Position numbers and translations under genes: made by a program. Under the pieces are notes generated by a model. It had not been told where the DNA came from, searched no databases, and was given only the letters and a program-made list of their open reading frames with translations. From the NCBI RefSeq assembly GCF_009914755.1, contig NC_060930.1: 64,000 nucleotides of DNA; one strand, 5' to 3'. Each line of letters opens with the position of its first letter. Position 1 is the first letter of the stretch. Positions 44,953-57,159 of the stretch are shown one piece after another. The DNA is from the human T2T-CHM13v2.0 reference genome, Homo sapiens.

Positions 44953-47900
44953 GGCCCCACCTCCTCGGGCCCCCCATCCCCTTGGGCCCCCACCTCCTCA
45001 GGCCCCCATCTCCTCGGTCCCCCATTTCCTCAGGCCCCCATCTCCTCAGGCCCCCATCTCCTCGGTCCCCCATTTCCTCAGGCCCCCATCTCCTCAGGCC
45101 CCCATCTCCTCGGTCCCCCATTTCCTCAGGCCCCCACCTCCTCAGGCCCCCATCCCCTTGGGCCCCCACCTCCTCAGGCCCCCACCTCCTCGGGCCCCCA
45201 TTTCCTCAGGCCCCCATCTCCTCAGGCCCCCATCTCCTCGGGCCCCCATTTCCTCAGGCCCCCACCTCCTCAGGCCCCCATCCCCTTGGGCCCCCACCTC
45301 CTCAGGCCCCCACCTCCTCAGGCCCCCACCTCCTCAGGCCCCCACCTCCTCGGGCCCCCATCCCCTTGGGCCCCCACCTCCTCAGGCCCCCATCTCCTCA
45401 GGCCCCCATTTCCTCAGGCCCCCATCCCCTCGGGCCCGCACCTCCTCAGGCCCCCATCTCCTCAGGCCCCCATTTCCTCAGGCCCCCATCCCCTCGGGCC
45501 CGCACCTCCTCGGGCCCCCATCTCCTCAGGCCCCCATTTCCTCGGGCCCCCATCCCCTCGGGCCCCCATCTCCTCAGGCCCCCATCCCCTCGGGCCCGCA
45601 CCTCCTCAGGCCCCCACCTCCTCAGGCCCCCACCTCCTCAGGCCCCCATCTCCTCAGGCCCCCATTTCCTCAGGCCCCCATCTCCTCAGGCCCCCATCTC
45701 CTCAGGCCCCCACCTCCTCAGGCCCCCACCTCCTCGGGCCCCCATCCCCTTGGGCCCCCACCTCCTCAGGCCCCCATCTCCTCGGTCCCCCATTTCCTCA
45801 GGCCCCCATCTCCTCAGGCCCCCATCTCCTCGGTCCCCCATTTCCTCAGGCCCCCATCTCCTCAGGCCCCCATCTCCTCGGTCCCCCATTTCCTCAGGCC
45901 CCCACCTCCTCAGGCCCCCATCCCCTTGGGCCCCCACCTCCTCAGGCCCCCACCTCCTCGGGCCCCCATTTCCTCAGGCCCCCATCTCCTCAGGCCCCCA
46001 TCTCCTCGGGCCCCCATTTCCTCAGGCCCCCACCTCCTCAGGCCCCCATCCCCTTGGGCCCCCACCTCCTCAGGCCCCCACCTCCTCAGGCCCCCACCTC
46101 CTCAGGCCCCCACCTCCTCGGGCCCCCATCCCCTTGGGCCCCCACCTCCTCAGGCCCCCATCTCCTCAGGCCCCCATTTCCTCAGGCCCCCATCCCCTCG
46201 GGCCCGCACCTCCTCAGGCCCCCATCTCCTCAGGCCCCCATTTCCTCAGGCCCCCATCCCCTCGGGCCCGCACCTCCTCGGGCCCCCATCTCCTCAGGCC
46301 CCCATTTCCTCGGGCCCCCATCCCCTCGGGCCCCCATCTCCTCAGGCCCCCATCCCCTCGGGCCCGCACCTCCTCAGGCCCCCACCTCCTCAGGCCCCCA
46401 CCTCCTCAGGCCCCCATTTCCTCAGGCCCCCATTTCCTCAGGCCCCCATCTCCTCAGGCCCCCATCTCCTCAGGCCCCCACCTCCTCGGGCCCCCACCTC
46501 CTCGGGCCCCCATCCCCTTGGGCCCCCACCTCCTCAGGCCCCCATCTCCTCAGGCCCCCATTTCCTCAGGCCCCCACCTCCTCAGGCCCCCACCTCCTCA
46601 GGCCCCCACCTCCTCAGGCCCCCATCCCCTTGGGCCCCCACCTCCTCAGGCCCCCATCTCCTCAGGCCCCCATTTCCTCAGGCCCCCATCTCCTCGGGCC
46701 CCCATCCCCTCGGGCCCCCACCTCCTCAGGCCCCCACCTCCTCAGGCCCCCACCTCCTCAGGCCCCCATCTCCTCAGGCCCCCACCTCCTCAGGCCCCCA
46801 TCTCCTCAGGCCCCCATCTCCTCAGGCCCCCACCTCCTCGGGCCCCCATCTTCTCGGGCCCCCATTTCCTCAGGCCCCCATCTCCTCAGGCCCCCATCCC
46901 CTCGGGCCCCCACCTCCTCGGGCCCCCATCTCCTCAGGCCCCCACCTCCTCAGGCCCCCATCTCCTCAGGCCCCCACCTCCTCAGGCCCCCATCTCCTCA
47001 GGCCCCCATCTCCTCAGGCCCCCATCTCCTCGGGCCCCCATCTCCTCGGGCCCCCACCTCCTCGGGCCCCCACCTCCTCGGGCCCCCACCTCCTCGGGCC
47101 CCCACCTCCTCGGGCCCCCACCTCCTCAGGCCCCCACCTCCTCAGGCCCCCACCTCCTCAGGCCCCCATCTCCTCAGGCCCCCATCTCCTCAGGCCCCCA
47201 CCTCCTCAGGCCCCCATCTCCTCAGGCCCCCACCTCCTCAGGCCCCCATCTCCTCAGGCCCCCATCTCCTCAGGCCCCCATCTCCTCAGGCCCCCACCTC
47301 CTCAGGCCCCCATCTCCTCAGGCCCCCACCTCCTCAGGCCCCCACCTCCTCAGGCCCCCATCTCCTCAGGCCCCCACCTCCTCAGGCCCCCACCTCCTCA
47401 GGCCCCCATCTCCTCGGGCCCCCATCTCCTCGGGCCCCCACCTCCTCGGGCCCCCACCTCCTCAGGCCCCCACCTCCTCAGGCCCCCATCTCCTCAGGCC
47501 CCCACCTCCTCAGGCCCCCATCTCCTCAGGCCCCCACCTCCTCAGGCCCCCACCTCCTCAGGCCCCCACCTCCTCGGGCCCCCATCTCCTCGGGCCCCCA
47601 CCTCCTCGGGCCCCCATCTCCTCGGGCCCCCATCTCCTCGGGCCCCCACCTCCTCGGGCCCCCACCTCCTCAGGCCCCCACCTCCTCAGGCCCCCATCTC
47701 CTCAGGCCCCCATCTCCTCAGGCCCCCACCTCCTCAGGCCCCCATCTCCTCAGGCCCCCACCTCCTCAGGCCCCCATCTCCTCGGGCCCCCACCTCCTCA
47801 GGCCCCCACCTCCTCAGGCCCCCATCTCCTCGGGCCCCCATCTCCTCAGGCCCCCACCTCCTCAGGCCCCCATCTCCTCAGGCCCCCATCTCCTCGGGCC

Positions 47901-50599
47901 CCCACCTCCTCGGGCCCCCACCTCCTCAGGCCCCCACCTCCTCAGGCCCCCATCTCCTCAGGCCCCCATCTCCTCAGGCCCCCACCTCCTCAGGCCCCCA
48001 CCTCCTCAGGCCCCCATCTCCTCGGGCCCCCATCTCCTCGGGCCCCCACCTCCTCGGGCCCCCACCTCCTCGGGCCCCCACCTCCTCGGGCCCCCATCTC
48101 CTCGGGCCCCCACCTCCTCGGGCCCCCATCCCCTTGGGCCCCCACCTCCTCAGGCCCCCATCTCCTCAGGCCCCCATCTCCTCAGGCCCCCATCTCCTCA
48201 GGCCCCCATCTCCTCGGGCCCCCATCTCCTCAGGCCCCCATCTCCTCAGGCCCCCATTTCCTCAGGCCCCCATCTCCTCAGGCCCCCATCTCCTCGGGCC
48301 CCCATCTCCTCGGGCCCCCATCCCCTTGGGCCCCCACCTCCTCGGGCCCCCACCTCCTCAGGCCCCCATTTCCTCAGGCCCCCACCTCCTCAGGCCCCCA
48401 CCTCCTCAGGCCCCCATCCCCTTGGGCCCCCACCTCCTCAGGCCCCCATCTCCTCAGGCCCCCATTTCCTCAGGCCCCCATCTCCTCAGGCCCCCATCCC
48501 CTTGGGCCCCCACCTCCTCAGGCCCCCACCTCCTCAGGCCCCCACCTCCTCAGGCCCCCATCTCCTCAGGCCCCCACCTCCTCAGGCCCCCATCTCCTCA
48601 GGCCCCCATCTCCTCAGGCCCCCACCTCCTCGGGCCCCCATCTTCTCGGGCCCCCATCTCCTCAGGCCCCCATCTCCTCAGGCCCCCATCCCCTCGGGCC
48701 CCCACCTCCTCGGGCCCCCATCTCCTCAGGCCCCCACCTCCTCAGGCCCCCACCTCCTCAGGCCCCCACCTCCTCAGGCCCCCATCTCCTCAGGCCCCCA
48801 TCTCCTCAGGCCCCCATCTCCTCAGGCCCCCATCTCCTCGGGCCCCCACCTCCTCGGGCCCCCACCTCCTCGGGCCCCCACCTCCTCGGGCCCCCATCTC
48901 CTCGGGCCCCCACCTCCTCAGGCCCCCACCTCCTCAGGCCCCCACCTCCTCAGGCCCCCACCTCCTCAGGCCCCCATCTCCTCAGGCCCCCACCTCCTCA
49001 GGCCCCCATCTCCTCAGGCCCCCACCTCCTCAGGCCCCCATCTCCTCAGGCCCCCATCTCCTCAGGCCCCCATCTCCTCAGGCCCCCATCTCCTCAGGCC
49101 CCCACCTCCTCAGGCCCCCATCTCCTCAGGCCCCCACCTCCTCAGGCCCCCACCTCCTCAGGCCCCCATCTCCTCAGGCCCCCACCTCCTCAGGCCCCCA
49201 TCTCCTCAGGCCCCCATCTCCTCAGGCCCCCATCTCCTCGGGCCCCCACCTCCTCGGGCCCCCACCTCCTCAGGCCCCCACCTCCTCAGGCCCCCATCTC
49301 CTCAGGCCCCCATCTCCTCAGGCCCCCACCTCCTCAGGCCCCCATCTCCTCAGGCCCCCACCTCCTCAGGCCCCCACCTCCTCAGGCCCCCATCTCCTCG
49401 GGCCCCCATCTCCTCGGGCCCCCACCTCCTCGGGCCCCCATCTCCTCAGGCCCCCATCTCCTCGGGCCCCCACCTCCTCGGGCCCCCACCTCCTCAGGCC
49501 CCCACCTCCTCAGGCCCCCATCTCCTCAGGCCCCCATCTCCTCAGGCCCCCACCTCCTCAGGCCCCCATCTCCTCAGGCCCCCACCTCCTCAGGCCCCCA
49601 CCTCCTCAGGCCCCCATCTCCTCGGGCCCCCATCTCCTCAGGCCCCCACCTCCTCAGGCCCCCACCTCCTCGGGCCCCCATCTCCTCGGGCCCCCACCTC
49701 CTCGGGCCCCCACCTCCTCGGGCCCCCATCTCCTCGGGCCCCCATCTCCTCGGGCCCCCATCTCCTCGGGCCCCCATCTCCTCGGGCCCCCATCTCCTCA
49801 GGCCCCCATCTCCTCAGGCCCCCACCTCCTCAGGCCCCCACCTCCTCAGGCCCCCATCTCCTCGGGCCCCCATCTCCTCGGGCCCCCACCTCCTCGGGCC
49901 CCCACCTCCTCGGGCCCCCACCTCCTCGGGCCCCCATCTCCTCGGGCCCCCACCTCCTCGGGCCCCCATCTCCTCGGGCCCCCATCTCCTCGGGCCCCCA
50001 TCTCCTCAGGCCCCCATCTCCTCAGGCCCCCACCTCCTCAGGCCCCCACCTCCTCAGGCCCCCACCTCCTCAGGCCCCCATCTCCTCAGGCCCCCACCTC
50101 CTCAGGCCCCCATCTCCTCAGGCCCCCACCTCCTCAGGCCCCCACCTCCTCGGGCCCCCATCTTCTCGGGCCCCCATCTCCTCAGGCCCCCATCTCCTCA
50201 GGCCCCCATCCCCTTGGGCCCCCACCTCCTCAGGCCCCCACCTCCTCGGGCCCCCCATCCCCTTGGGCCCCCACCTCCTCAGGCCCCCATCTCCTCGGGC
50301 CCCCCATCCCCTTGGGCCCCCACCTCCTCAGGCCCCCATCTCCTCGGTCCCCCATTTCCTCAGGCCCCCACCTCCTCGGGCCCCCATCCCCTTGGGCCCC
50401 CACCTCCTCAGGCCCCCATCTCCTCAGGCCCCCCATCCCCTTGGGCCCCTCTTCCTCAGGCCCCCACCTCCTCAGGCCCCCATCTCCTTGGGCCCCCATT
50501 TCCTCAGGCCCCCACCTCCTCAGGCCCCCCATCCCCTTGGGCCCCTCTTCCTCAGGCCCCCATCTCCTCAGGCCCCCATTTCCTCAGGTCCCCATCTCC
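44953..50599 (+). repeat. Large 16-bp VNTR/minisatellite, consensus GGCCCCCAYCTCCTCA, ~350 units
   Basis: Continuous array of variant units (CAC/CAT, TCT/TTT/TCC, terminal CA/CG/TG); extreme C/G strand skew; no stop codons in any + frame. Confidence 0.99.
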
Positions 50600-50647
50600 A
50601 TCCTCCTTAATGTCTGCACTGCCTGGCTGGGAGCTGCAGCGGGAGCC

Positions 50648-50782
50648 TGGCCTCTCCTCCTCCTCCTCCTCCCAAAGCTTCCTTCCCCCTTTCCACCACA
50701 CAGACTAAGGCAGGAGGCTGGGCAAGGGGAAGGGGGATACTGAGTGAGGAAAACAGAGAGGGCGGTGGAGGTGGCCACACAG
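50648..50782 (+). repeat. ~133-bp direct repeat, copy 2
   Basis: Matches 43987-44118. Confidence 0.95.
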
Positions 50783-52669
50783 TCAGCATCGGAAGCAGAG
50801 CTGGCATGTCCCTTCTGAGTCCAGCCCGGCTTGAGTCAGCGGGGAGGGGCAGGGAGGAGGGGGCCTTCCTGGGAGAAGGCAGGGGCCGCACCAAGTGCCC
50901 CTGAGGTGCCCATGCCGGAGAGAAGTTGGCTTCCTGGAGCCCCACTCTGTGCTACTGTGAAGGGCGGTTCCATCCGCCTAGGTTTTGTTAGTTCTGTGAG
51001 CCATACAGGATTAGCGTGCCCTGCAGTGCTGCAGAGACATCGGGCGTGCTCCCCTCCTGTGTCCTCAGCTTCTCCCCTGGGGGGGTGCTCACCAGCCCAG
51101 GGCCCCACCCCAACCCTAGAGGTCCCTGGGATTCCCTGAGTTCTCACCAGCCTTGGAGGCCCCGAGTCACCCCACGCAGTGCACGCACATCTGTGACACA
51201 CTCCTCCCACACAGTCTCCCTCAGCCCCTCTTGACCCTCCTCCTCCTCAGACACACGCCTTTCCGGGGCCTGTACTTGTCAATCCCCAGACATCCCTGGC
51301 TGCTTCCTACATGCCCAGGCTCTGCGCTTGCTGGCCCAGGAACTGCCCTCCGTGCCTCTTCTGACTCTGTCACAACGGGGGTTTCTGCATCTGTGCTGTC
51401 TTCCCTTCTACTGTGGCTGAGGACCGCAGGTGCCACCCGAGCCCGAGCTCCTTGAGCATCCCTTGTGCCTAGAACATGCCAGGCACGCAGCACAGATGGG
51501 TGTCATTGGTCTGGGACATTGCCACGGAAGTCTCCAGCCCTCATGCACCAGAAAGAGAAGAGTGACAAGGATCATACTGAGGAGGTCAGGAACTCTAGCT
51601 GAGAATTGGTCTAAAGCAATGGAAATGGGAAATTCTGTAAATCCAAGCTCTGCTCCTTGGAATCATTTAGAAACTGGCCAAGGGCTAAGACATCCCTCTT
51701 GCTGCGTAGACTGTGATCATATTCAGGAGGAAAAGCACAACTCTCTGAGGGGACAAATTCTATTTGCCTAAACAGAGGTGAGGCTGCTGACACTCTAGAA
51801 AGTGTGAAGTGTGCTTTTGTGACCGAAGCTGGCCTCTGCATCCCCTAACTCAGCACCTCACAAAGTTTATAACCCTCACGCAGTGCCCCCGAGCTGCAGG
51901 TGACGGCAGGCCTCCAGGTTCAGCGGTGAAATAGCGGAGCAGTAAGATCTTACAGCATTACTTCCCCAAGTCAGCCGGAAGTTTTGCCAGCCCCGTGCTC
52001 CTCCCTGAAACCTCAAAAAGCCTGCTTCCAAGCCGCCTGCTTGTTCTTCCCAAGGTGGAGGCAAGACCAGCGCCCTCTGGCCAGGTGCGTTCAGGAAGGG
52101 GCAGAGATTACACAGGAATTCAGATGAGTTCCAGGGACGGCAGCTGCCAGGGTCCCGTCAAACGCACAGTCACAGGAGGGCTTCCCCTGAGTTGGCCCTG
52201 AGTCAGCCAGCTGGGCTGTGGTCTGCTCTGCAGCAGGAGGCAGCTGAGCAGAGCCTGTAACCCCTCAGGGGAGGCAAAGCTGCACCGCAGGGTGTGGAGG
52301 AGGTGCAGGCCGGCCAGCCCAAGGCAGATAACAGATGGCGACAGGGGCTTGAGGCTTGGCTTCTCTGCTGGCCTAGGTGTCTGGAACGGCTGGGCCGCCA
52401 CTGGAGCCGTGGAAAGAGGGGTCTAAGTGTCTGAGCTTGGAATCAAGGTATTCCCAAATTTTCTGCTCGAAGCCCCACAAGTTTCCATTTTCCACCACAG
52501 CCAGTTGGATCAAACTTTGCACCATTCGCATCCTAGTGAAGTCCAATAGTCAGCCGATTTGGGGATTCTATGCAAAGCCAAACAGTGGCACAGACTCTAG
52601 GAAATCTACAGAATGAGCAGAACATGTCTTCATGACGATTCAAGGTCAGGCCCTGTGGACCAAGGACAG

Positions 52670-52791
52670 CATGGAGCACAGAGGCCAGACTCCGTGGAGC
52701 ACAGAAGCCAGACGCTGTGGAACACAGAGGCCAGACTCCATGGAGCACAGAGGCCAGACTCCGTGGAGCACAGAAGCCAGACTCCTTGGAG
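52670..52791. repeat. 23-bp tandem repeat, ~5.3 copies
   Basis: Unit c(a/g)tggagcacaga(g/a)gccagactc. Confidence 0.95.
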
Positions 52792-55024
52792 AAAGGGGCC
52801 CCAGAAGACAAAGGGGCCAGCACAGGCCAGCCAAGGAGTACCTGAGACCTCAAAGGCGACACCAGGTCCATTTGTACCTGGGTATTCAATGTCTCATGTG
52901 CATTTGTTAGAAATTAGATAAAATCAATGCTTATTATTTTAAATAAAGACATCGTTTCTAACTATTTTAGTCATTAATAACCTGTGATCTTCCAGATGGG
53001 CCGGCCTAGCCAATGGGCGGTATAGCCACAACCCAGGTCCTCTGTGAGTATGATGAAGACATCACACAGAGTGAACAGCCTCTGAAACGTAGGGCTGTGA
53101 AGTGCGTCCACAGTCACCGCAGAGCAAGACCAGAGTACACATCCTTTACCAACCTCAGCTTCACATTCAACAGCGAGCGGACACACTGAAGTCTAGAGAG
53201 GCAATTTAGAATGAATGGAAAGAGAAACCTTAAGAGACAGAAAGGCAGAGAGAGATTTTTCAAAATCTTATTTTATAATTAGTAAAAATATAGGAATACA
53301 GTCACTTCAAAAGCTGACATTAGCTAAGAACATTAATGGGTTATTAAATATTTAATTTAATTCAGAGATGATAGACCCATAATGATGATTAAGGTTATTA
53401 TAGAAAAGGATGATTCTTGGTGTTAGAGATCATTTACTCAAACCCTTGTATTTTAAAAGAAAGAAAGACTGAGACTAACAGAGTTAATTGATTTCTCCCA
53501 AGGAAAAGCACGGATCACAACCTGGTTCTCCCACCTGCGGTCCCCACACCATTTTATGTGGTTGTTAGCCTCTCCCCCTGACTCTCCCCATAGTTTTGTG
53601 CTTGTTGTTGCTGGTTTCTTGGTAAAATCTGCATCAAGTAGATGGATACTCTTGGGGTAATGGTGGCCCACTCCCTAACCACTGTGTTAAGCCTTGTATA
53701 CTCTGCTGAGTAGGTAAATATTTTTGTCCCCTAACTCTGCACCTGGATTTATTTGCTGTGAAACGCAGGGCCCATTCCTACCGACTATAAGCAATTTATT
53801 CTGTGGGTTTAGTCACTGCAGAGGGCAGAAACAAGATACCACTCCCTTTATGGGGCATTAAAAACAAACTCCTCTTTGCTGGTGACCCTGTTTCTGTAGG
53901 AAGTGTGTGGTTTACCTAGAGCAAAGGGGCTGGCTGTCCTGCCAGACTTAAGCCAGATGTAGGGCTCCATCTATCTTGTTCATGGTTTCACCCCAGTCCC
54001 CAGCTGGTATAACCGGAGCACCCAGTAAAGAAGAATCTACGCAAGGGAAGAACAGTCCCCCTCAGGCTGAACAAGGAGACGCCACCTCTGCTTATACAGC
54101 AGCACTCAACTGACTTTCTCTGTCCATTCTTCACTAAACTCCTTAAAAATAAAATTTTAGTTATAACTTCAGAAAATTAACCTCTGTAAAGAATCAATAA
54201 TATACTTTAAAACATGTGTAATGCTGTTGGAATTTTTTTCTTGTCTTATAAACACAAAATGTCCTATATTTATATAAAAATCACTGTGTTGACCTTTCTA
54301 CATGTTCTTCCACAGCTATCTATTAATACTATGACATCATATTGCAAAAACAAACACACACAGCAACTCGGATGTGTTTGATAATAAAATCACACAGCAG
54401 TTTAAAAATTCATCCACAGGGACATAAAGTTAACTGTTGTTATTATGAAAGTTTGTCACCTCCCTACAAACACATCTTGACTGTTATTTAGATTGTGTTA
54501 ATGTGTGGTGTTATTATAATAAAGCCCTTATTACCACACTTATTGTGGTTGTTAAACAGTCATTAGCAACCATGAAACTGGGAAAATACACTGAGCTGCG
54601 TTGCCCATGAGCTATCACGGTTAATAATGAAGAAAACAGATCAAGAGCTCTGGGATCCTCTACAAGAAGATGCCCACTTTCCCGAAATTTCAAGAGAGAC
54701 GACTGTCAGAAACGTACTAACCCAACACAAGCATGATGAGGAACCCAAATTCTGGAAAGTGCCTTTGGCCATGCTTGAACTTGATCTGTAATGCTCTCCT
54801 GTGCCGTCCGTCTTCCCGTGAGAATCCAGCCCCGAGCCCCAGCCACACAAGACCTCAGTCTCCCTGAGGCCCGAGGTGCATGCAGTGATGACTGCCTAGG
54901 ACCGCCTCAGTGCCTGGAACGGTTTCTCAGGCACAATTCTCACCTATTTTTGCATTTCCCACATCATGTATGTTGGAAGAATCTTGAATACACAAAAGCT
55001 ACCAGTTTTAAAAACAACTGACAG

Positions 55025-55566
55025 TGTTTTAAAACTTAGGCTCTATTATTATTCAGGTGTGGCAGGGCAACAGGTCAGGAGACAACTGTCAGCGAAAAGA
55101 GAGTTTGTTACTCACAGATCCCAAGAGAGGGGGCCAAGCCCTGGGGACCACTCAGGGATGCACTGAGCCTGTCTGGAGGCAGAGGGGTGCAGGAACGTGT
55201 GGGCAGGGGCCTTTCACGTGGCTTCCAGGGAAGGAACAGGTGAGCCAGGGTGAGCCTGCATGGGACTGGTTGGTAAGGGCAGTTCCCGTGGGCCCTGCTG
55301 CACAGGGGGTTGCCCTCGCTGGCTGGTACTGGGCCCTGGGAGGATTAGGGCAGGAGGATGTGGCCCAGAGCGTGAGAGTCCATAAAGGAGGTGGTGGGGG
55401 TGGGCTCTGGTTTGCATTTGAAAAGTGCACTCCTGGGTGAGTTGCCTGCTGTGTCTGGGAATTAGAAACCCTGGGGGAGCAGCCTCTCCAGGGCCAGCAA
55501 GCCTCCCCCTGCTCCCCACCAATGTCAAAGCATCAGATGCGGAAAATGACAAGGCCTGGTTAGTGT
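55025..55566 (-). mobile_element. ERVL LTR (MER74-like)
   Basis: tgttttaaaa..tattattattcagg, gtttgttactcacag.tcccaagaga, ggtttgcat.tgaaa, atgtcaaagcatca match recalled MER74 antisense. Confidence 0.65.
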
Positions 55567-56857
55567 AGACAGGTAGAGGTCCCTTTCCCAGTCCTCAGGC
55601 TGGTGTGCTGCACCCTCCCAATGCCATGTTTGACCATTGTGGTCTCAGGGAAGGGCTCTGAGATGGGTGCCCAGGGCGGCGGGTTCAGGCCCTGCCCTGT
55701 CGCTCACTCGTCACAGGGTGAACTTGGGTCAGGAATCTCAACTCTCGGCCTCAGCCTCCTCATGTGTGCAATGAAGGGGTTGGGCTCTGTGATTTCAATG
55801 ACCCCTTCCAGCTTCCAGATTCCACGAGCCCCTCCTCGTAACCTGGAACACAGAAAATCTATAATCCTGTGCTTGTCAAGGAGCCCAGACCCAGGGCCAC
55901 TGAATTCCAACAAATGTATGATTCCTCAGCCAAAGCCGTGAAGGGTGGCTTGGAGGTTTGCATCCACGCATACTTCTAGGTGGCCTCAGATGGCCCCTGG
56001 GGTAAAGGCAGATCTTCCAAGGGCAGCTTGCTGGTCTCTGCAGTGTGGATTCCCAGTAGGAGTGCTTTCTCTGCTTTCCGTTTTAGCCTTACCGCCCCAG
56101 CCTACAACCCCGGGCATGGCAAAAACCTTATGAAGAGATGCATTGGGCCTCCTAGATGCATTCTGTTCAGGGTGTTCACTCCTTTATACGGTGAACTCTC
56201 CAGGAGAACCAGCAGGAGATGTTTCTTACAGGGCTCGGAACAGAAAGAGATGTGTTTACCTACACAACTGGGGTTTATTTATTTATTTATTTATTTTGCT
56301 TGTTTTGTTTTTATGTTTCCAGTCTGCCCTGCTGCGCTCCACTCCTTGAGAATCCAGCAATCTCAGAATCACACCCAGGCCCACCTTCCGCAGGGCTGGG
56401 GGTCCTTTCGACACGCACCATGGCTGCTGCGCTCCGGCCCAGCTTCCTACCTCCTCCTTTCCTTCACCTAAACAAACGCACTTATGGATTAGCTTAGCCT
56501 TGTATGGAATATAGGTAAGTTTACTGACATCTTTCGGACGTAAGACGGGGTGTCGGTAAGGAAATACCCCCACTGATGTGACTTTATTTAAATCAGAGCA
56601 AACAACTGCATGAGAAGCTGATGTCAAGATGTAACGGACTCAGGGCTGAGCTGGGTAAGGAGCTGGAATTCACACTTAGAGACCTGTCTGTGCTTGTCAC
56701 GTGTGGATAAGCCACTTGTTTTCTTTATGCTCAGTTTTCTTAATTCCAAAAGTTGAAGTAAACAACTTTCATTCACATTATATAATTATTTAAAATAATA
56801 TTATTTCAGGAGTAATTTCAAAATAAAATATAAATATTCCTTAAAATTATATTCTGT

Positions 56858-57159
<302 letters not shown>

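Noticed and set aside
44953-50599. CRISPR-like array
   Set aside because: Head-to-tail units without unique spacers, no cas genes, human context.
44785-50743. Annotating the giant Pro-rich ORFs as a real extensin/mucin/collagen-like CDS
   Set aside because: All three frames are open with the same peptide, the expected outcome of a stop-free 16-bp unit. There is no signal peptide or domain, and variation is not codon-position biased.
52066-52084. CTCF-like motif (agcgccctctggcc), also ~9226 and ~29520
   Set aside because: Each mismatches conserved 5' positions; not supportable without ChIP data.
54627-54791. 54-aa small ORF MKKTDQELWDPLQED...
   Set aside because: Globular-looking but within chance expectation; no supporting promoter, splice or homology evidence.
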